Source: a bacterium
GTDB lineage: Bacteria; Patescibacteriota; Minisyncoccia; Phycocordibacterales; UBA12079
NCBI GenBank assembly: GCA_018401295.1
Contig: JAGYLJ010000001.1
Span: 27,901 to 91,900 of the forward strand
Reading direction: 5' to 3'
DNA: 64,000 bases
The notes beneath the pieces were generated by a model. The model worked only from the letters and a program-made list of their open reading frames with translations. It searched no databases and was not told the DNA's origin. Both the position numbers and the translations under genes were made by a program. Below are positions 1-10,155 of this stretch, piece after piece (position 1 is the stretch's first letter; each line of letters starts with the position of its first letter).

Positions 1-2
1 CA

Positions 3-251
3 CAGGCGGTTGTTTATATGGCTAAATGTAAAAAGTCCAATGATTTGTATGTTGCTTATGGAGAGGCTGAAAATGATGTAGAAAAATATGGCAATCTAAA
101 AGTTCCCTTACATATTTGTAATGCACCGACTAAATTGATGAAGAACTTAGGTTATGGTGAAGGTTATAAATATTCTCCTGATCATGATTATAAAGAAGAA
201 CAAGAATATTTTCCTAAAAAGTTAGAAGGAAAAAAGTATCTTAAGGATTAA
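3..251 (+). CDS. rarA: Replication-associated recombination protein RarA/MgsA, C-terminal part (gene begins before the window)
   Basis: Frame is open from the window edge (QAVVYMAKCKKSN). VPLHICNAPTKLMKNLGYGEGYKY and QEYFP match the MgsA C-terminal signature. Confidence 0.85.
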   Translation, partial: QAVVYMAKCKKSNDLYVAYGEAENDVEKYGNLKVPLHICNAPTKLMKNLGYGEGYKYSPDHDYKEEQEYFPKKLEGKKYLKD

Positions 252-413
252 TTTTTAATAAAAACATATTTTATTTAAGATTTAATTATTTTATAATTGA
301 ATTTCGGTGTGCCTTTTAGTAAAATCAAGGTAAATAAAGAAGATTAACATTAAGTTAAAGAGATGATATACTCCAAGCTAAGTTATTAATTATTAGTTAA
401 ATTTAAGAGTTTT

Positions 414-1195
414 ATGGATAAAAAGAATGTTTTTTTATTATTGTTTTAATCGTCGTTGCTTTCTTTTCCTTTCAATATTTTATGGGGGGTAATAATAGCC
501 AAACGCTAGTTGCTTCTGGTCATACAGATTGGGCACCAATTATGTATCAAGAAGGCAATAAAATCATTGGGGCTGGACCTGAGATTATTACCAAGATTTT
601 TGATGAACTAGGGATTAAAGTTAATTCTAAATATGTAGGGTCTTGGGACGTTGTGCAGGAAAAGGCTAAGGATGGTTCAATTGATGTTATAGTGGCAGCT
701 TATAAGACCACAGAGAGAGAAGCTTATATGGATTACTCAATCCCTTACACCATTGACCCAGTAGTTTTGGTAGTTAAGAAGGGGAATGATTTTGCCTATG
801 AAGATTGGGAAGATCTAGTTGGTAAGAAAGGTATAGTGATGACAGGTGATAGTTATGGCCAGGCCTTTGATAACATTCTTCTTACTGACAAATTAACAGT
901 AGAAGAAGTTGGAACACCTGAGGAAGCTTTTTCTCTTTTGGAAAAAGAAGAAGCAGATTATTTTGTTTATGCCCTTTATTCAGCTGAAAACTATATTTCC
1001 CAGAATGATCTTTCTGACAAATTTGAAATGATTTCTAAATATGTTAGCGCTGAATATTTTTACTTAACTATCTCAAAGAAGTCTCCTTTTGTTAATCTTC
1101 TTCCACAGGTTAATAATATCTTAAAAGAATATGAAAAAGATGGAATAATTAAAGATATAATTGAAAAAAATACAGAAATTCTCAGAGAAAATTAG
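414..1195 (+). CDS. Family 3 (amino-acid type) solute-binding protein; N-terminal anchor apparently frameshifted (track ORF 482..1195)
   Basis: WAPIMY, G.IDVIV, TTERE and DYSIPY motifs. ATG414 reads MDKKNVF and joins the 482 frame (IIVLIVVAFFSFQYFMGG) only if the T7 run at 430-436 were T8. Confidence 0.8.
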
Positions 1196-1218
1196 GGAGA
1201 AATTAATATAAATTTGAA

Positions 1219-1255
1219 AAATAAAAAAGGCTGGGTAACCCAGCCTTTTTTATTT
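1219..1255. terminator. Bidirectional intrinsic terminator
   Basis: aaataaaaaaggctggg-taa-cccagccttttttattt perfect inverted repeat between convergent genes. Confidence 0.85.
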
Positions 1256-1267
1256 GTTCTAAATTAT

Positions 1268-1498
1268 TTATTTTTTTAAAATTAAAATTAAAACCGATAG
1301 AGACGCTATTAAGGAAATTAAGTTTATGGTGGCTAATGTACTCATATTTGAGTTAAAACTATCAATAACCAATAGTAATACACCGATTGAATAAGTGGCA
1401 ACAAATTTTAAAGAAAGTTTCTTTTTGTTTTTGAGAGAAACAAAAAATTGGAAAATCCAAGCTACAACAATAAGAGATAATCCTAAATAAGTAATCAT
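1268..1498 (-). CDS. Small 3-TM membrane protein (PQ-loop/SemiSWEET-like architecture)
   Basis: 76 aa with three hydrophobic segments; family assignment tentative. Confidence 0.6.
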   Translation of the reverse strand: MITYLGLSLIVVAWIFQFFVSLKNKKKLSLKFVATYSIGVLLLVIDSFNSNMSTLATINLISLIASLSVLILILKK

Positions 1499-1528
1499 AT
1501 CTTTGTTTTTTTAACCGTTGTTTACGGC

Positions 1529-1786
1529 TTAAAATTTATTTCTATAAATTGATAAAACTGATATTAACGCAGATACGGTTGCTATGAAAAACAAGATTTG
1601 TAGGAGTTGTCCATCAACAGTATAATTATAAAATTTTACTGCGTCATAGAAGACATAGACACCAAAAGTTAAAGCTAATCCGTAACCAGCTAGTTTTCTT
1701 TTTGTAATAGCTAATTTCAAAGCTACTAAAACAATTACTAATTCTAGGAATATTGATGCTGTTTGTAATGTAAACATAATAAACAA
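1529..1786 (-). CDS. Small membrane protein
   Basis: 85 aa with three hydrophobic segments; TATAAT lies just upstream. Confidence 0.65.
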   Translation of the reverse strand: MFIMFTLQTASIFLELVIVLVALKLAITKRKLAGYGLALTFGVYVFYDAVKFYNYTVDGQLLQILFFIATVSALISVLSIYRNKF

Positions 1787-1858
1787 TTATAACATTTCTT
1801 TTTTATTCTTTCCTCTTTCTTATCCACAGTCTTAGATTATTTAATTGCTCTGAGTTTT

Positions 1859-3022
1859 TTATTTTCTTGTCTTATAAATTAGTCGATAGGTTCCACCAAG
1901 ACTGATTAATGTAAAGATTATTAAGATGAGCCATCCAACTATCGGGATAAGCCCAACTAGGATAAGAGAAATAACTCCACCAACTACAACTTTCCAGTTA
2001 ACTGAATAATTGTTTCTCTTTTTAATTATTTTAGTTAACCAGCTTCCGAAGGTTATTCCTGATAGGGAAACTGCTAAGAATATTGATAACATGTAAAGAA
2101 CCCCAATAATGATACCTAGCCAAATTCCGACCAATGTAATTAGTAGAAGTATTGCTGTGATTGGGGCTACTATCATGATGACTAAGGCAATCCCCAAATT
2201 TTTCCAGAAATTTGTCAAACTTTCCCTAACTATTCTTTCGGTTATATTTTTGAACAAGTATATTAGCATTAGTCCAACTATAATTAAGCCTACTATCTTA
2301 ATTAAAACAGAAATGGAAATTATTATGAAAATCATTGATAAGAGAGCTCCTTTTTGGGAATCATCTCCACTTATTCCATTTTTTGCTTTAATAGTAGTTT
2401 CTCCTAGGATAACAGCACCTTCTTCTATTATTATTTCATTTTTAGAATGATATTCTAGGTTACCGTTTATCTTTGCTTTACTTCCTATAATTATTTTATC
2501 TCCTTCGACTATTTTTAAGTTTCCACCTATTTCTCCGTTAATGGTTATCATTCCGCCTCCTAAATAAGTGTCTCCTGTGATGGAACCCTGTATGTCTATG
2601 GTTCCGCCACCTATAAATAGATCTCCGCCTATCAAGGCTGTTTTAGAAATAACTATATTACCGCCTCCTAGGAGTAAATCGTCAGTTACTTTATTATTTA
2701 CTATAATACTACCCCCAGCACCGTGGACACTTCCGCCGATGTTCCCATTTATTATGAGTGTACCTGCTCCAGAATATACTGTTCCGCCAATCTCCCCATT
2801 TATAGTGACTACATTACCCGCTGCGTGTAATCCTTTCTCTATATTAGAATCAATTGAGACTATGTTACCAGCGGTGTATAAGTTTTTGATTTCTTCCCCT
2901 TGTTCTATATATACGTTGCTGTTGTTTTTAGTGGCTATACGGAAATCAGCAGCGGAAACATTATTGGCTACAAAGAATAGGGTAAGTAGAATGGAAAAGT
3001 AAATACTTTTTTTTATTTTCAT
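1859..3022 (-). CDS. Bactofilin-like (polymer-forming) beta-helix repeat protein with C-terminal multi-TM domain
   Basis: Signal peptide, repeated G.V.I.G.I.GD units, then about 5 TM helices ending in IPIVGWL. Confidence 0.75.
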   Translation of the reverse strand: MKIKKSIYFSILLTLFFVANNVSAADFRIATKNNSNVYIEQGEEIKNLYTAGNIVSIDSNIEKGLHAAGNVVTINGEIGGTVYSGAGTLIINGNIGGSVHGAGGSIIVNNKVTDDLLLGGGNIVISKTALIGGDLFIGGGTIDIQGSITGDTYLGGGMITINGEIGGNLKIVEGDKIIIGSKAKINGNLEYHSKNEIIIEEGAVILGETTIKAKNGISGDDSQKGALLSMIFIIISISVLIKIVGLIIVGLMLIYLFKNITERIVRESLTNFWKNLGIALVIMIVAPITAILLLITLVGIWLGIIIGVLYMLSIFLAVSLSGITFGSWLTKIIKKRNNYSVNWKVVVGGVISLILVGLIPIVGWLILIIFTLISLGGTYRLIYKTRK

Positions 3023-3198
3023 ATTTTTAGGGTTAATTTTAAGCTTTTAATCACACCTATATATTAACACAATAAGTTATCCTTTTTAAGGAAGTAATCA
3101 ACAGGGGGTGTTTCTTTTTTATTTTTTTAAAGTGTATAATTATATTGATAAATTAATAGTTGTCTTTCTTTCCTAGAGACGTATTTTTTGTAATATTT

Positions 3199-3561
3199 AT
3201 GAACAATGAAATAATAAAAAAATATAAAGAAGAGAGGCCTTGGGGAAGTTTCGAAAGATTTACTCAGAATGAAAAAACAACAGTTAAAATAATAACTGTA
3301 AAACCAAATGAGAAACTAAGTTTGCAATATCATAGAGAGCGAAATGAATTTTGGAAAATTTTATCAGGTAATTGTGAGGTTATAGCTAATGGAAAAGTTG
3401 TACCGGCTAAACAAGGTGATGAATTTTTTATTCCAGCTGGAGAGGAACATTCTCTAGAAGGAAAGAGTAATGGTGTAGTTTTTCTTGAAATTTCTTTTGG
3501 TCATTTTGACGAAAAGGATGAAGTTCGTTTAGAAGATAATTATGGTAGAGAAGATCAATAA
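3199..3561 (+). CDS. Cupin, mannose-6-phosphate isomerase type II C-terminal-like
   Basis: RPWGSF, LSLQYHRERNEFW, H.L.G and EISFG...D.VRLED.YGR motifs. ATG3199 is preferred over the track start. Confidence 0.85.
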   Translation: MNNEIIKKYKEERPWGSFERFTQNEKTTVKIITVKPNEKLSLQYHRERNEFWKILSGNCEVIANGKVVPAKQGDEFFIPAGEEHSLEGKSNGVVFLEISFGHFDEKDEVRLEDNYGREDQ

Positions 3562-5098
3562 AAAAAGTTTAAATAATGGTTGTACAGTTCCTAACTATCT
3601 TTATGGAGGTAAACAGGTTAGATATTATGGAAGTCCTGATATAAGAGTTGCCTTTTCTGATAATGGAAAAAAATGGGAGGATTATGGTCATCCTGTTTTA
3701 GAACCAAGCGAGGGGGCTTTTGATAATCAACCTCTAACTGTCATAGAAGCTGTTTTAACAACAGAAGGGATAATGGTTTTTTACGATAGTTCTTTTCGTA
3801 ATAAAGGAAATACTTATCTTCGTATTGGTTTGGCATTTTTTGATCCAGAAAACCCAACAAGACTTACTGAAAGGAATAAATCTCCTATCTATCAACATGA
3901 AATAAAAATGAGGGATAAAATTATTTCAGTTAAAGCGTTACAAGATAAAGATGATTTGGTGATAAAATGGAAAACGGGTGTTTTAGATAAAATAGAAGTT
4001 AGGATCCCACATCCTTATATTTATTTAGGAGAAAAGGATGGAAGAAAGCCGTTTTTTGCAAAAAAACAGTTTGAAATTAACCGTTATGGAAATAATCCTA
4101 TAATTAAACCACAGGAGCAAAATGAATGGGAAACGAAAGCAACTTTCAACCCAGCGGCTTTGCAAGCGGGAGAAAAAATTCATCTTCTTTATAGAGCTAT
4201 TGGTTATGATGATGTTTCAGTTTTGGGTTATGCCTCCAGTGATGATGGTTTTAGTATAAAAGAGAGGCTTGATCATCCAGTTTTTTTTAATGATCCAGAA
4301 AATGCAAGAAAAAATAAAACTGATAAATCTCCAATTTCTTACCTTTCTGGTGGTGGTGGAAATGGAGGTTGCGAAGATCCACGTCTTACTTTGATTGATG
4401 ATGTTATCTATTTAACCTATACAGCTTTTGATGGTTGGGGTTCTTTGAGAATGGCTCTTTCTTCCATTAGTTTAAAAGATTTTCTTAATAAGGAATGGAA
4501 TTGGGAGGAACCAATAATGATTTCACCTCCTGGTGAGATTCATAAAAATTGGGTTCTTTTTCCAGAGAAAATAAATGGTAAATTTGCAGTTTTACATAGT
4601 GTTAATCCTGATGTTTTGGTTGATTATTTAGATGATCTTGATTTTAAAGGTGAAGATAAATATATTAAAGGTTTTTTTAGCTCATTAAAGAATAAAGGTC
4701 GTTGGGATAGTTGGGTTAGGGGAGCTGGTCCACCTCCAATTAAAACGGAGAAGGGTTGGCTTTTGATTTATCATGCGATGGATGTTTTTCGTGATCCTAA
4801 TCGTTATAAATTAGGGGTGATGTTATTAGACTTAAACGACCCGCAAAAGATAATTGCCAGAAGTAAAGAGCCAATCTTAGAGCCAGATGAATCTTATGAA
4901 AATGATGGCTGGAAAGCAGGTGTTTCCTATTGTTGTGGTGCTGTAGTAAGGGATGGGCAACTTTTGATTTATTATGGGGGGGCTGATACTGTTTCTTGTG
5001 TAGCAGAAACTGATTTGGAAAATTTTATTAATACACTCATAACGACAGCAAAACCCAAAATTAAAATAGTAAGGAAGAAGAAAGTAAAAAAGAAATAA
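3542..5098 (+). CDS. GH130-family glycoside phosphorylase/hydrolase with an extra N-terminal partial propeller
   Basis: TFNPAA, LLYRA, GCEDPR, HKNW.LFPEKI.GK, WLLIYH and YYGGAD motifs. Confidence 0.85.
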   Translation: MVEKINKKSLNNGCTVPNYLYGGKQVRYYGSPDIRVAFSDNGKKWEDYGHPVLEPSEGAFDNQPLTVIEAVLTTEGIMVFYDSSFRNKGNTYLRIGLAFFDPENPTRLTERNKSPIYQHEIKMRDKIISVKALQDKDDLVIKWKTGVLDKIEVRIPHPYIYLGEKDGRKPFFAKKQFEINRYGNNPIIKPQEQNEWETKATFNPAALQAGEKIHLLYRAIGYDDVSVLGYASSDDGFSIKERLDHPVFFNDPENARKNKTDKSPISYLSGGGGNGGCEDPRLTLIDDVIYLTYTAFDGWGSLRMALSSISLKDFLNKEWNWEEPIMISPPGEIHKNWVLFPEKINGKFAVLHSVNPDVLVDYLDDLDFKGEDKYIKGFFSSLKNKGRWDSWVRGAGPPPIKTEKGWLLIYHAMDVFRDPNRYKLGVMLLDLNDPQKIIARSKEPILEPDESYENDGWKAGVSYCCGAVVRDGQLLIYYGGADTVSCVAETDLENFINTLITTAKPKIKIVRKKKVKKK

Positions 5099-5101
5099 AT
5101 T

Positions 5102-7018
5102 ATGTTTGTATTAAAACGCTCTAAACACAATCCAATAATACAACCTGTTCGACAGCATCGATGGGAATCATTTGCGACCTTCAATTGGTCGCCTCTTCAG
5201 GATGGAGATACTCTTCATTGCCTTTATAGAGCAATGTCTTTACCTGAGGCCATGAAGGATGGATCAGTGGCAGGGATGTCAGTAGTCGGTTATGCGAAGA
5301 GCAGAGATGGAGTTGAATTTGAGGATAGAAGGATTTTGGTAGAACCTGAAGAAGAATGGGAAAAATATGGTTGTGAAGATCCCAGAATCACAAAAATTGA
5401 TGGTAAACATTATATTTTTTATACAGCTTTGTCTGAGTATCCTTATAAGGCTGAAGGTATTAAAGTAGCAGTGGCTATTTCTAATGATTTAAAAAATATT
5501 GATGAGAGACATTTAGTAACCCCATTTAATGCCAAGGCTATGGCTATGTTTCCTGAGAAGATAAACGGGAAATTTACGGTTATTTTTGGTGTTAATACAG
5601 ATACTCCTCCGGCTAAAATTGCAATCGCTCAGTTTGAAAGAGAAGAAGATCTTTGGAATAAAGAAAAGTGGGAGGATTGGTATAAAGATTTAGATAAAAA
5701 TACAATTGATCCGAGGCGAAGTCCTAAAGATCATGTTGAGGTTGGAGCTGCTCCTTTAAAGACTGAGCATGGTTGGTTATTAATTTATTCTCATATTAAG
5801 AATTATTTTGGAGAAGGGCCGAGAGTGTTTGGTATTGAAGCCTTGCTTCTGGATATTAATGACCCAAGAAAAATTATAGGAAAGACTAAAAATCCGATAA
5901 TGGTCCCAGAATTAAGTTACGAAAAGTATGGTCATTTACCTAACATAATTTTCCCTTCAGGTGCTATTATAAGAAAGGGAAATGTTGAAATTTATTATGG
6001 GGGGGCTGATACATTATCTTGTCGAGCAAAGGTTAATCTAAATAATTTGGTTGAAAGTATGTTGCCGGATCTTGTGGCAGAAAAAATAAAAAGATTTAAA
6101 GACAACCCTATCTTATTACCTAAACCAGAGAATGCTTGGGAAAGTAAATATGTTTTCAACCCTGGGGCAATTGATTTAGAGGGTGTTGTTTATATCTTAT
6201 ATAGAGCCATGGGAGAAGATAACGTTACGACTATCGGGTTAGCTACTAGTAAAGACGGTATCCATATTGATGAGAGATTAAATGAACCTATATATGTTCC
6301 TAGAGAATTATTTGAATCAAAGGGTTGTGAAGATGCTCGTATTGTAGAGATGGAAGGACGGCTTTATATGAGTTATACAGCCTATGATGGGGTAAACGTT
6401 CCGAGAATCGCTGTGACCTCAATTTTAAAGGAAGACTTTATTAATCGTCAATGGAAATGGGAACCTCCAGCTCTGATTTCACAAGCAGTGTTAATGGATA
6501 AAAATGCTTGTATTCTCCCCAAAAAGACTGACGACGGTTATATGATTTATCACAGAATGGGGCAAAGTATTTGTTATGATTTCATTGATAGTCTTGATTT
6601 TTCAAAAGAAAAATTAAATAAATGTATTCCTCTATTGCTACCTCGTTATGGCATGTGGGATAGTAAAAAAGTTGGTATCTCAGCACCACCTTTTATTTGC
6701 GATGTTGGTTGGATGCTTTTATACCACGGTGTTGGGGAAGATAATGTTTATAGAATAGGAGCAGCTCTTTTTGATAAAGATAATCCGACAAATCTTGTGG
6801 CTACGACCTCAGCGCCAATTCTTGAACCAGAATTTGATTATGAAAAAATCGGTCAGGTTCCTAATGTGGTTTTCCCCTGTGGAACGGTTTTGAGAGATGG
6901 GATTGTCTATATTTACTATGGAGGGGCTGATAGTGTAGTGGGCGGCGCAACCGTAAAGATTGATGATTTAATAAAGATGTTTGATAACTTATGGAATTAT
7001 ACGGACACAAAGAAATGA
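5102..7018 (+). CDS. Tandem two-domain GH130-family protein
   Basis: Two complete FN/LYRA/CED(P/A)R/YYGGAD units. Confidence 0.85.
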   Translation: MFVLKRSKHNPIIQPVRQHRWESFATFNWSPLQDGDTLHCLYRAMSLPEAMKDGSVAGMSVVGYAKSRDGVEFEDRRILVEPEEEWEKYGCEDPRITKIDGKHYIFYTALSEYPYKAEGIKVAVAISNDLKNIDERHLVTPFNAKAMAMFPEKINGKFTVIFGVNTDTPPAKIAIAQFEREEDLWNKEKWEDWYKDLDKNTIDPRRSPKDHVEVGAAPLKTEHGWLLIYSHIKNYFGEGPRVFGIEALLLDINDPRKIIGKTKNPIMVPELSYEKYGHLPNIIFPSGAIIRKGNVEIYYGGADTLSCRAKVNLNNLVESMLPDLVAEKIKRFKDNPILLPKPENAWESKYVFNPGAIDLEGVVYILYRAMGEDNVTTIGLATSKDGIHIDERLNEPIYVPRELFESKGCEDARIVEMEGRLYMSYTAYDGVNVPRIAVTSILKEDFINRQWKWEPPALISQAVLMDKNACILPKKTDDGYMIYHRMGQSICYDFIDSLDFSKEKLNKCIPLLLPRYGMWDSKKVGISAPPFICDVGWMLLYHGVGEDNVYRIGAALFDKDNPTNLVATTSAPILEPEFDYEKIGQVPNVVFPCGTVLRDGIVYIYYGGADSVVGGATVKIDDLIKMFDNLWNYTDTKK

Positions 7019-7755
7019 TAATTTTTGATTTAGATGGCACTCTTGCTAAGAGCAAGTGTGATATTGATAATGAGATGGCTAATCTTTTGGGTAGTTTATT
7101 AAAGATTAAAAAGGTAGCAATTATTTCTGGGGGAACCTATACTCAAATAGAAGAATCCCTTTTATCAAAACTTGATTGCGATAGTTTTCTTTTTTACAAT
7201 CTTTTTATTTTTCCGACCTGTGCCACTAGTTTTTATAAATATGTAATAGGGGAGTGGGAAAATGTTTATACAGAAGAGATAGAACCGGAGCAAAGAGAGA
7301 ATATTATAAAAGCTTTAAATGAATCCCTTGAGGAAGCTGGTTATCATAAACCTAAGATTGTTCGTGGTGAAATAATTGAAGATAGGTTGACTCAGATAAC
7401 TTTTTCTGGTTTAGGACAGGAGGCCCCTCTTGGAGAAAAAATAAGGTGGGATCCTGATCATGTCTTAAGGGATAAAATAATTAAAGCTTTTGAAAAACGC
7501 ATATCTGATTTTGACGCTAAGATTGGAGGTTCTACTTCCATTGATGTGAACAAAAAAGGGGTTGATAAAGCCTATGGTATTAGGCAGATTGAAAAAAATC
7601 TTAAGATCCCTGTTGAAAAAATGTTGTTTATCGGAGATGCACTTTTTGTTGGAGGAAACGATTTCCCAGTTATTACTACGGATATAGATATAATTTTTGT
7701 AGATAATCCAGAAGAGACGAAAAAACATATAAGAGAGATTATAAAAAATCCGTAA
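6991..7755 (+). CDS. HAD-IIB hydrolase, phosphomannomutase-like
   Basis: FDLDGTL, ISGG, GGSTSID, KGVDKAYG and FIGD...GGND motifs. Confidence 0.85.
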   Translation: MELYGHKEMIIFDLDGTLAKSKCDIDNEMANLLGSLLKIKKVAIISGGTYTQIEESLLSKLDCDSFLFYNLFIFPTCATSFYKYVIGEWENVYTEEIEPEQRENIIKALNESLEEAGYHKPKIVRGEIIEDRLTQITFSGLGQEAPLGEKIRWDPDHVLRDKIIKAFEKRISDFDAKIGGSTSIDVNKKGVDKAYGIRQIEKNLKIPVEKMLFIGDALFVGGNDFPVITTDIDIIFVDNPEETKKHIREIIKNP

Positions 7756-7779
7756 TATTTATATATTATATAAAGGGAT

Positions 7780-9426
7780 ATGAAAAAAAAATCAAATAGG
7801 AAAAAAATAATTTTTAGTTTTGTTATTTTAACTTTGATAGCTGTTATTTTTTTCAGTTATTTTTTTAAGGAAGATGTAGTTGAATATAATTTCAGTTCGG
7901 TTGAAAGAGTAGATTTGGTTCAGGAAATAAGTGCGACGGGAAGGATAAAAGCGGTTGATGAAATAAACTTAGCCTTTGAAAAAAGTGGGAAAATAGAAAC
8001 AGTCTCTGTGAAGATAGGTGATAAAGTAAAGGCAGGTCAGGTTTTAGTTGATTTAGAAAGTGATGATATTTTAGCTGAAATTGTTCAGGCTAGAGCAGGA
8101 GTTTCTAGCGCAGAGGCAAAACTCAATCAATATAAAGCTGTTTTGGAAAAGGAAGAAAACGAATTAGAGATACTTCAAATTGGAACCCGTGACGAAGAAG
8201 TTTTAGTTTATGAATCAAAAGTTAAAAATGCTGAGGCAGTTTATGACGCATCGGTGCAAGGAGTTATAGATAATATTGGAGATGCCTACACGAAGTCTGA
8301 TGATGCTATTAGGAATAAAATAGATCAAATATTTAATAATCCAAGAAGTACAAACCCACAGTTAATTTTTACAGTTAATGATTCCCAACTGGAAACTGAT
8401 GTTGAATGGAGTCGTTCTTTAATTGAACAGCAGTTAGTTTTATGGTTAGCCTCACTTAATTCTCTTGATAGTGATTTATTGCAGGACGAAATAACAAAAG
8501 TAGAAAATCAGCTGAGTGAGATTAAATCTTTTTTGGGTAGTTTAGCTCTAGCAGTAAATAATCTTTCTGCTAATTCAGAGTTTTCTCAAACGGTTATAGA
8601 TGGTTATAAGACAAGTATTTATAGCGCTCGTACTAATGTTAACACTGCGGTTACTAATCTTTCTCTTGCTAAAGAAAAACTTAATACAGCTAAGACTTCT
8701 CTTTTAATAGCAGAAAACGAGTTAGCTTTAAAGGAAGCGGATAACACGCCAGAAAAGATATATTCTCAAAGGGCTATAATTAAACAGGCGGAAGCTAATA
8801 TAGTATCACAGGAGGCAGAAATAGACTTGAAAAAATCTATGGTGCAATCCTCGCTGGTTAAGCTATCTAAGAATACTTTAGTTTCCCCCATTGATGGGAC
8901 TATTATAAAACAGGAGGCTGATATCGGGGCCATTGTTTCAAGTGGACAAGTCATAATTTCTGTTATTTCTGAGGATAATTTGGAGATTGAATCCAATATT
9001 GTGGAAGCTGATATTGCTTATCTAAAGGTTGGTAATAAGGCGAAGTTAACTTTAGACGCCTACGGTGAAGATGTTATTTTTGATGCTGAAGTTGTTAGAA
9101 TTGATCCGTCTGCACAATTAATAGAAGGAGTGGCTAATTATAAAATTGCCTTAAAACTCACTGAAGCTGATAAAAGAGTTAAGTCAGGAATGACAGCTGA
9201 TATTGATATCGTCACTTTAGAATTAGAAGACGTTTTGGTGGTTCCCTATAGATCAATTATCTTTAAGAATGGTTCAGGAAAATTCGTAAGAATACTAAAT
9301 GAATTCCTTCAGGCTGAAGAAGTAGAAGTCGAAATTGGAGTAATTGGTAATGGGAGTTTGGTTGAAATTATAAAGGGAGTCAATGAGGGTGATAAAATTG
9401 TTACCTCTATTAAGAGTAATAAATAA
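7780..9426 (+). CDS. Membrane fusion/adaptor protein (MacA/HlyD-like) with long coiled coil
   Basis: N-terminal anchor, SGKI..V.VK.GD.VKAGQ and SPIDG motifs; lies upstream of ABC genes. Confidence 0.85.
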   Translation: MKKKSNRKKIIFSFVILTLIAVIFFSYFFKEDVVEYNFSSVERVDLVQEISATGRIKAVDEINLAFEKSGKIETVSVKIGDKVKAGQVLVDLESDDILAEIVQARAGVSSAEAKLNQYKAVLEKEENELEILQIGTRDEEVLVYESKVKNAEAVYDASVQGVIDNIGDAYTKSDDAIRNKIDQIFNNPRSTNPQLIFTVNDSQLETDVEWSRSLIEQQLVLWLASLNSLDSDLLQDEITKVENQLSEIKSFLGSLALAVNNLSANSEFSQTVIDGYKTSIYSARTNVNTAVTNLSLAKEKLNTAKTSLLIAENELALKEADNTPEKIYSQRAIIKQAEANIVSQEAEIDLKKSMVQSSLVKLSKNTLVSPIDGTIIKQEADIGAIVSSGQVIISVISEDNLEIESNIVEADIAYLKVGNKAKLTLDAYGEDVIFDAEVVRIDPSAQLIEGVANYKIALKLTEADKRVKSGMTADIDIVTLELEDVLVVPYRSIIFKNGSGKFVRILNEFLQAEEVEVEIGVIGNGSLVEIIKGVNEGDKIVTSIKSNK

Positions 9427-9434
9427 GTAGAGCC

Positions 9435-10148
9435 ATGAGTCTTATTGAGGTAAAAAATTTAAAGAGAACTTTTGAAGATGGTGTTAAAACCTATGCTTTG
9501 AAAGATACATCTTTTGTTATAGAGAAAGGTGAGTTTGTTGCCATTATGGGCCCTTCTGGGTCTGGAAAGTCTACTTTAATGCATATTTTAGGTTTACTTG
9601 ATAGAGCTTCTGGCGGGAAGTTTATTTTTAATGGTAAGGACGTTTCCAAATTAGATGATAACGAATTAGCTTCTTTACGTAATGAAGAAATCGGATTTGT
9701 TTTTCAATCTTTTAATTTGCTTCAAAGAACAACTGTTTTAGATAATGTCATTCTTCCTTTAATTTATTCTGATAATAAAATTAATGCCAAAAAAAGAGCG
9801 GAAGAGGTTTTGGAAAGTGTTGGGTTATCACATCGTCTTGACCATTATACCAACCAAATTTCTGGTGGGGAAAAACAGAGAGTAGCCATTGCTCGAGCTT
9901 TGGTAAATAAAGCTTCGGTTATTTTTGCTGATGAACCTACAGGGAATTTAGATTCAAAGTCAGGTGCACAGATTATGAAAATCTTACAAAGATTAAACGA
10001 CGATGGAAACACTATTATTTTAGTAACCCACGAAACTTACACAGCAGAATGTGCTAAAAGAATCTTGAAAATGAAGGATGGAGAATTAGTCTCGGATGAA
10101 AAAGTTGTAAATCGAAGAAAAGTTAACGTGGAAGATGTGATTAAATAA
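9435..10148 (+). CDS. ABC transporter ATP-binding protein (MacB/LolD-type)
   Basis: GPSGSGKST, ISGGEKQRVAIAR, FADEPTGNLD and VTH motifs. Confidence 0.93.
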   Translation: MSLIEVKNLKRTFEDGVKTYALKDTSFVIEKGEFVAIMGPSGSGKSTLMHILGLLDRASGGKFIFNGKDVSKLDDNELASLRNEEIGFVFQSFNLLQRTTVLDNVILPLIYSDNKINAKKRAEEVLESVGLSHRLDHYTNQISGGEKQRVAIARALVNKASVIFADEPTGNLDSKSGAQIMKILQRLNDDGNTIILVTHETYTAECAKRILKMKDGELVSDEKVVNRRKVNVEDVIK

Positions 10149-10155
10149 TAGGATC

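Noticed and set aside
1820..1828. DnaA box TTATCCACA (also at 35009) as a replication origin
   Set aside because: Isolated single boxes with no cluster and no dnaA/dnaN context.
2109..3002. Antisense or overlapping ORFs (e.g. 2109..2450, 2568..3002, 12851..13177, 25240..25581, 31751..32092)
   Set aside because: Shadows of well-supported genes; no motifs.
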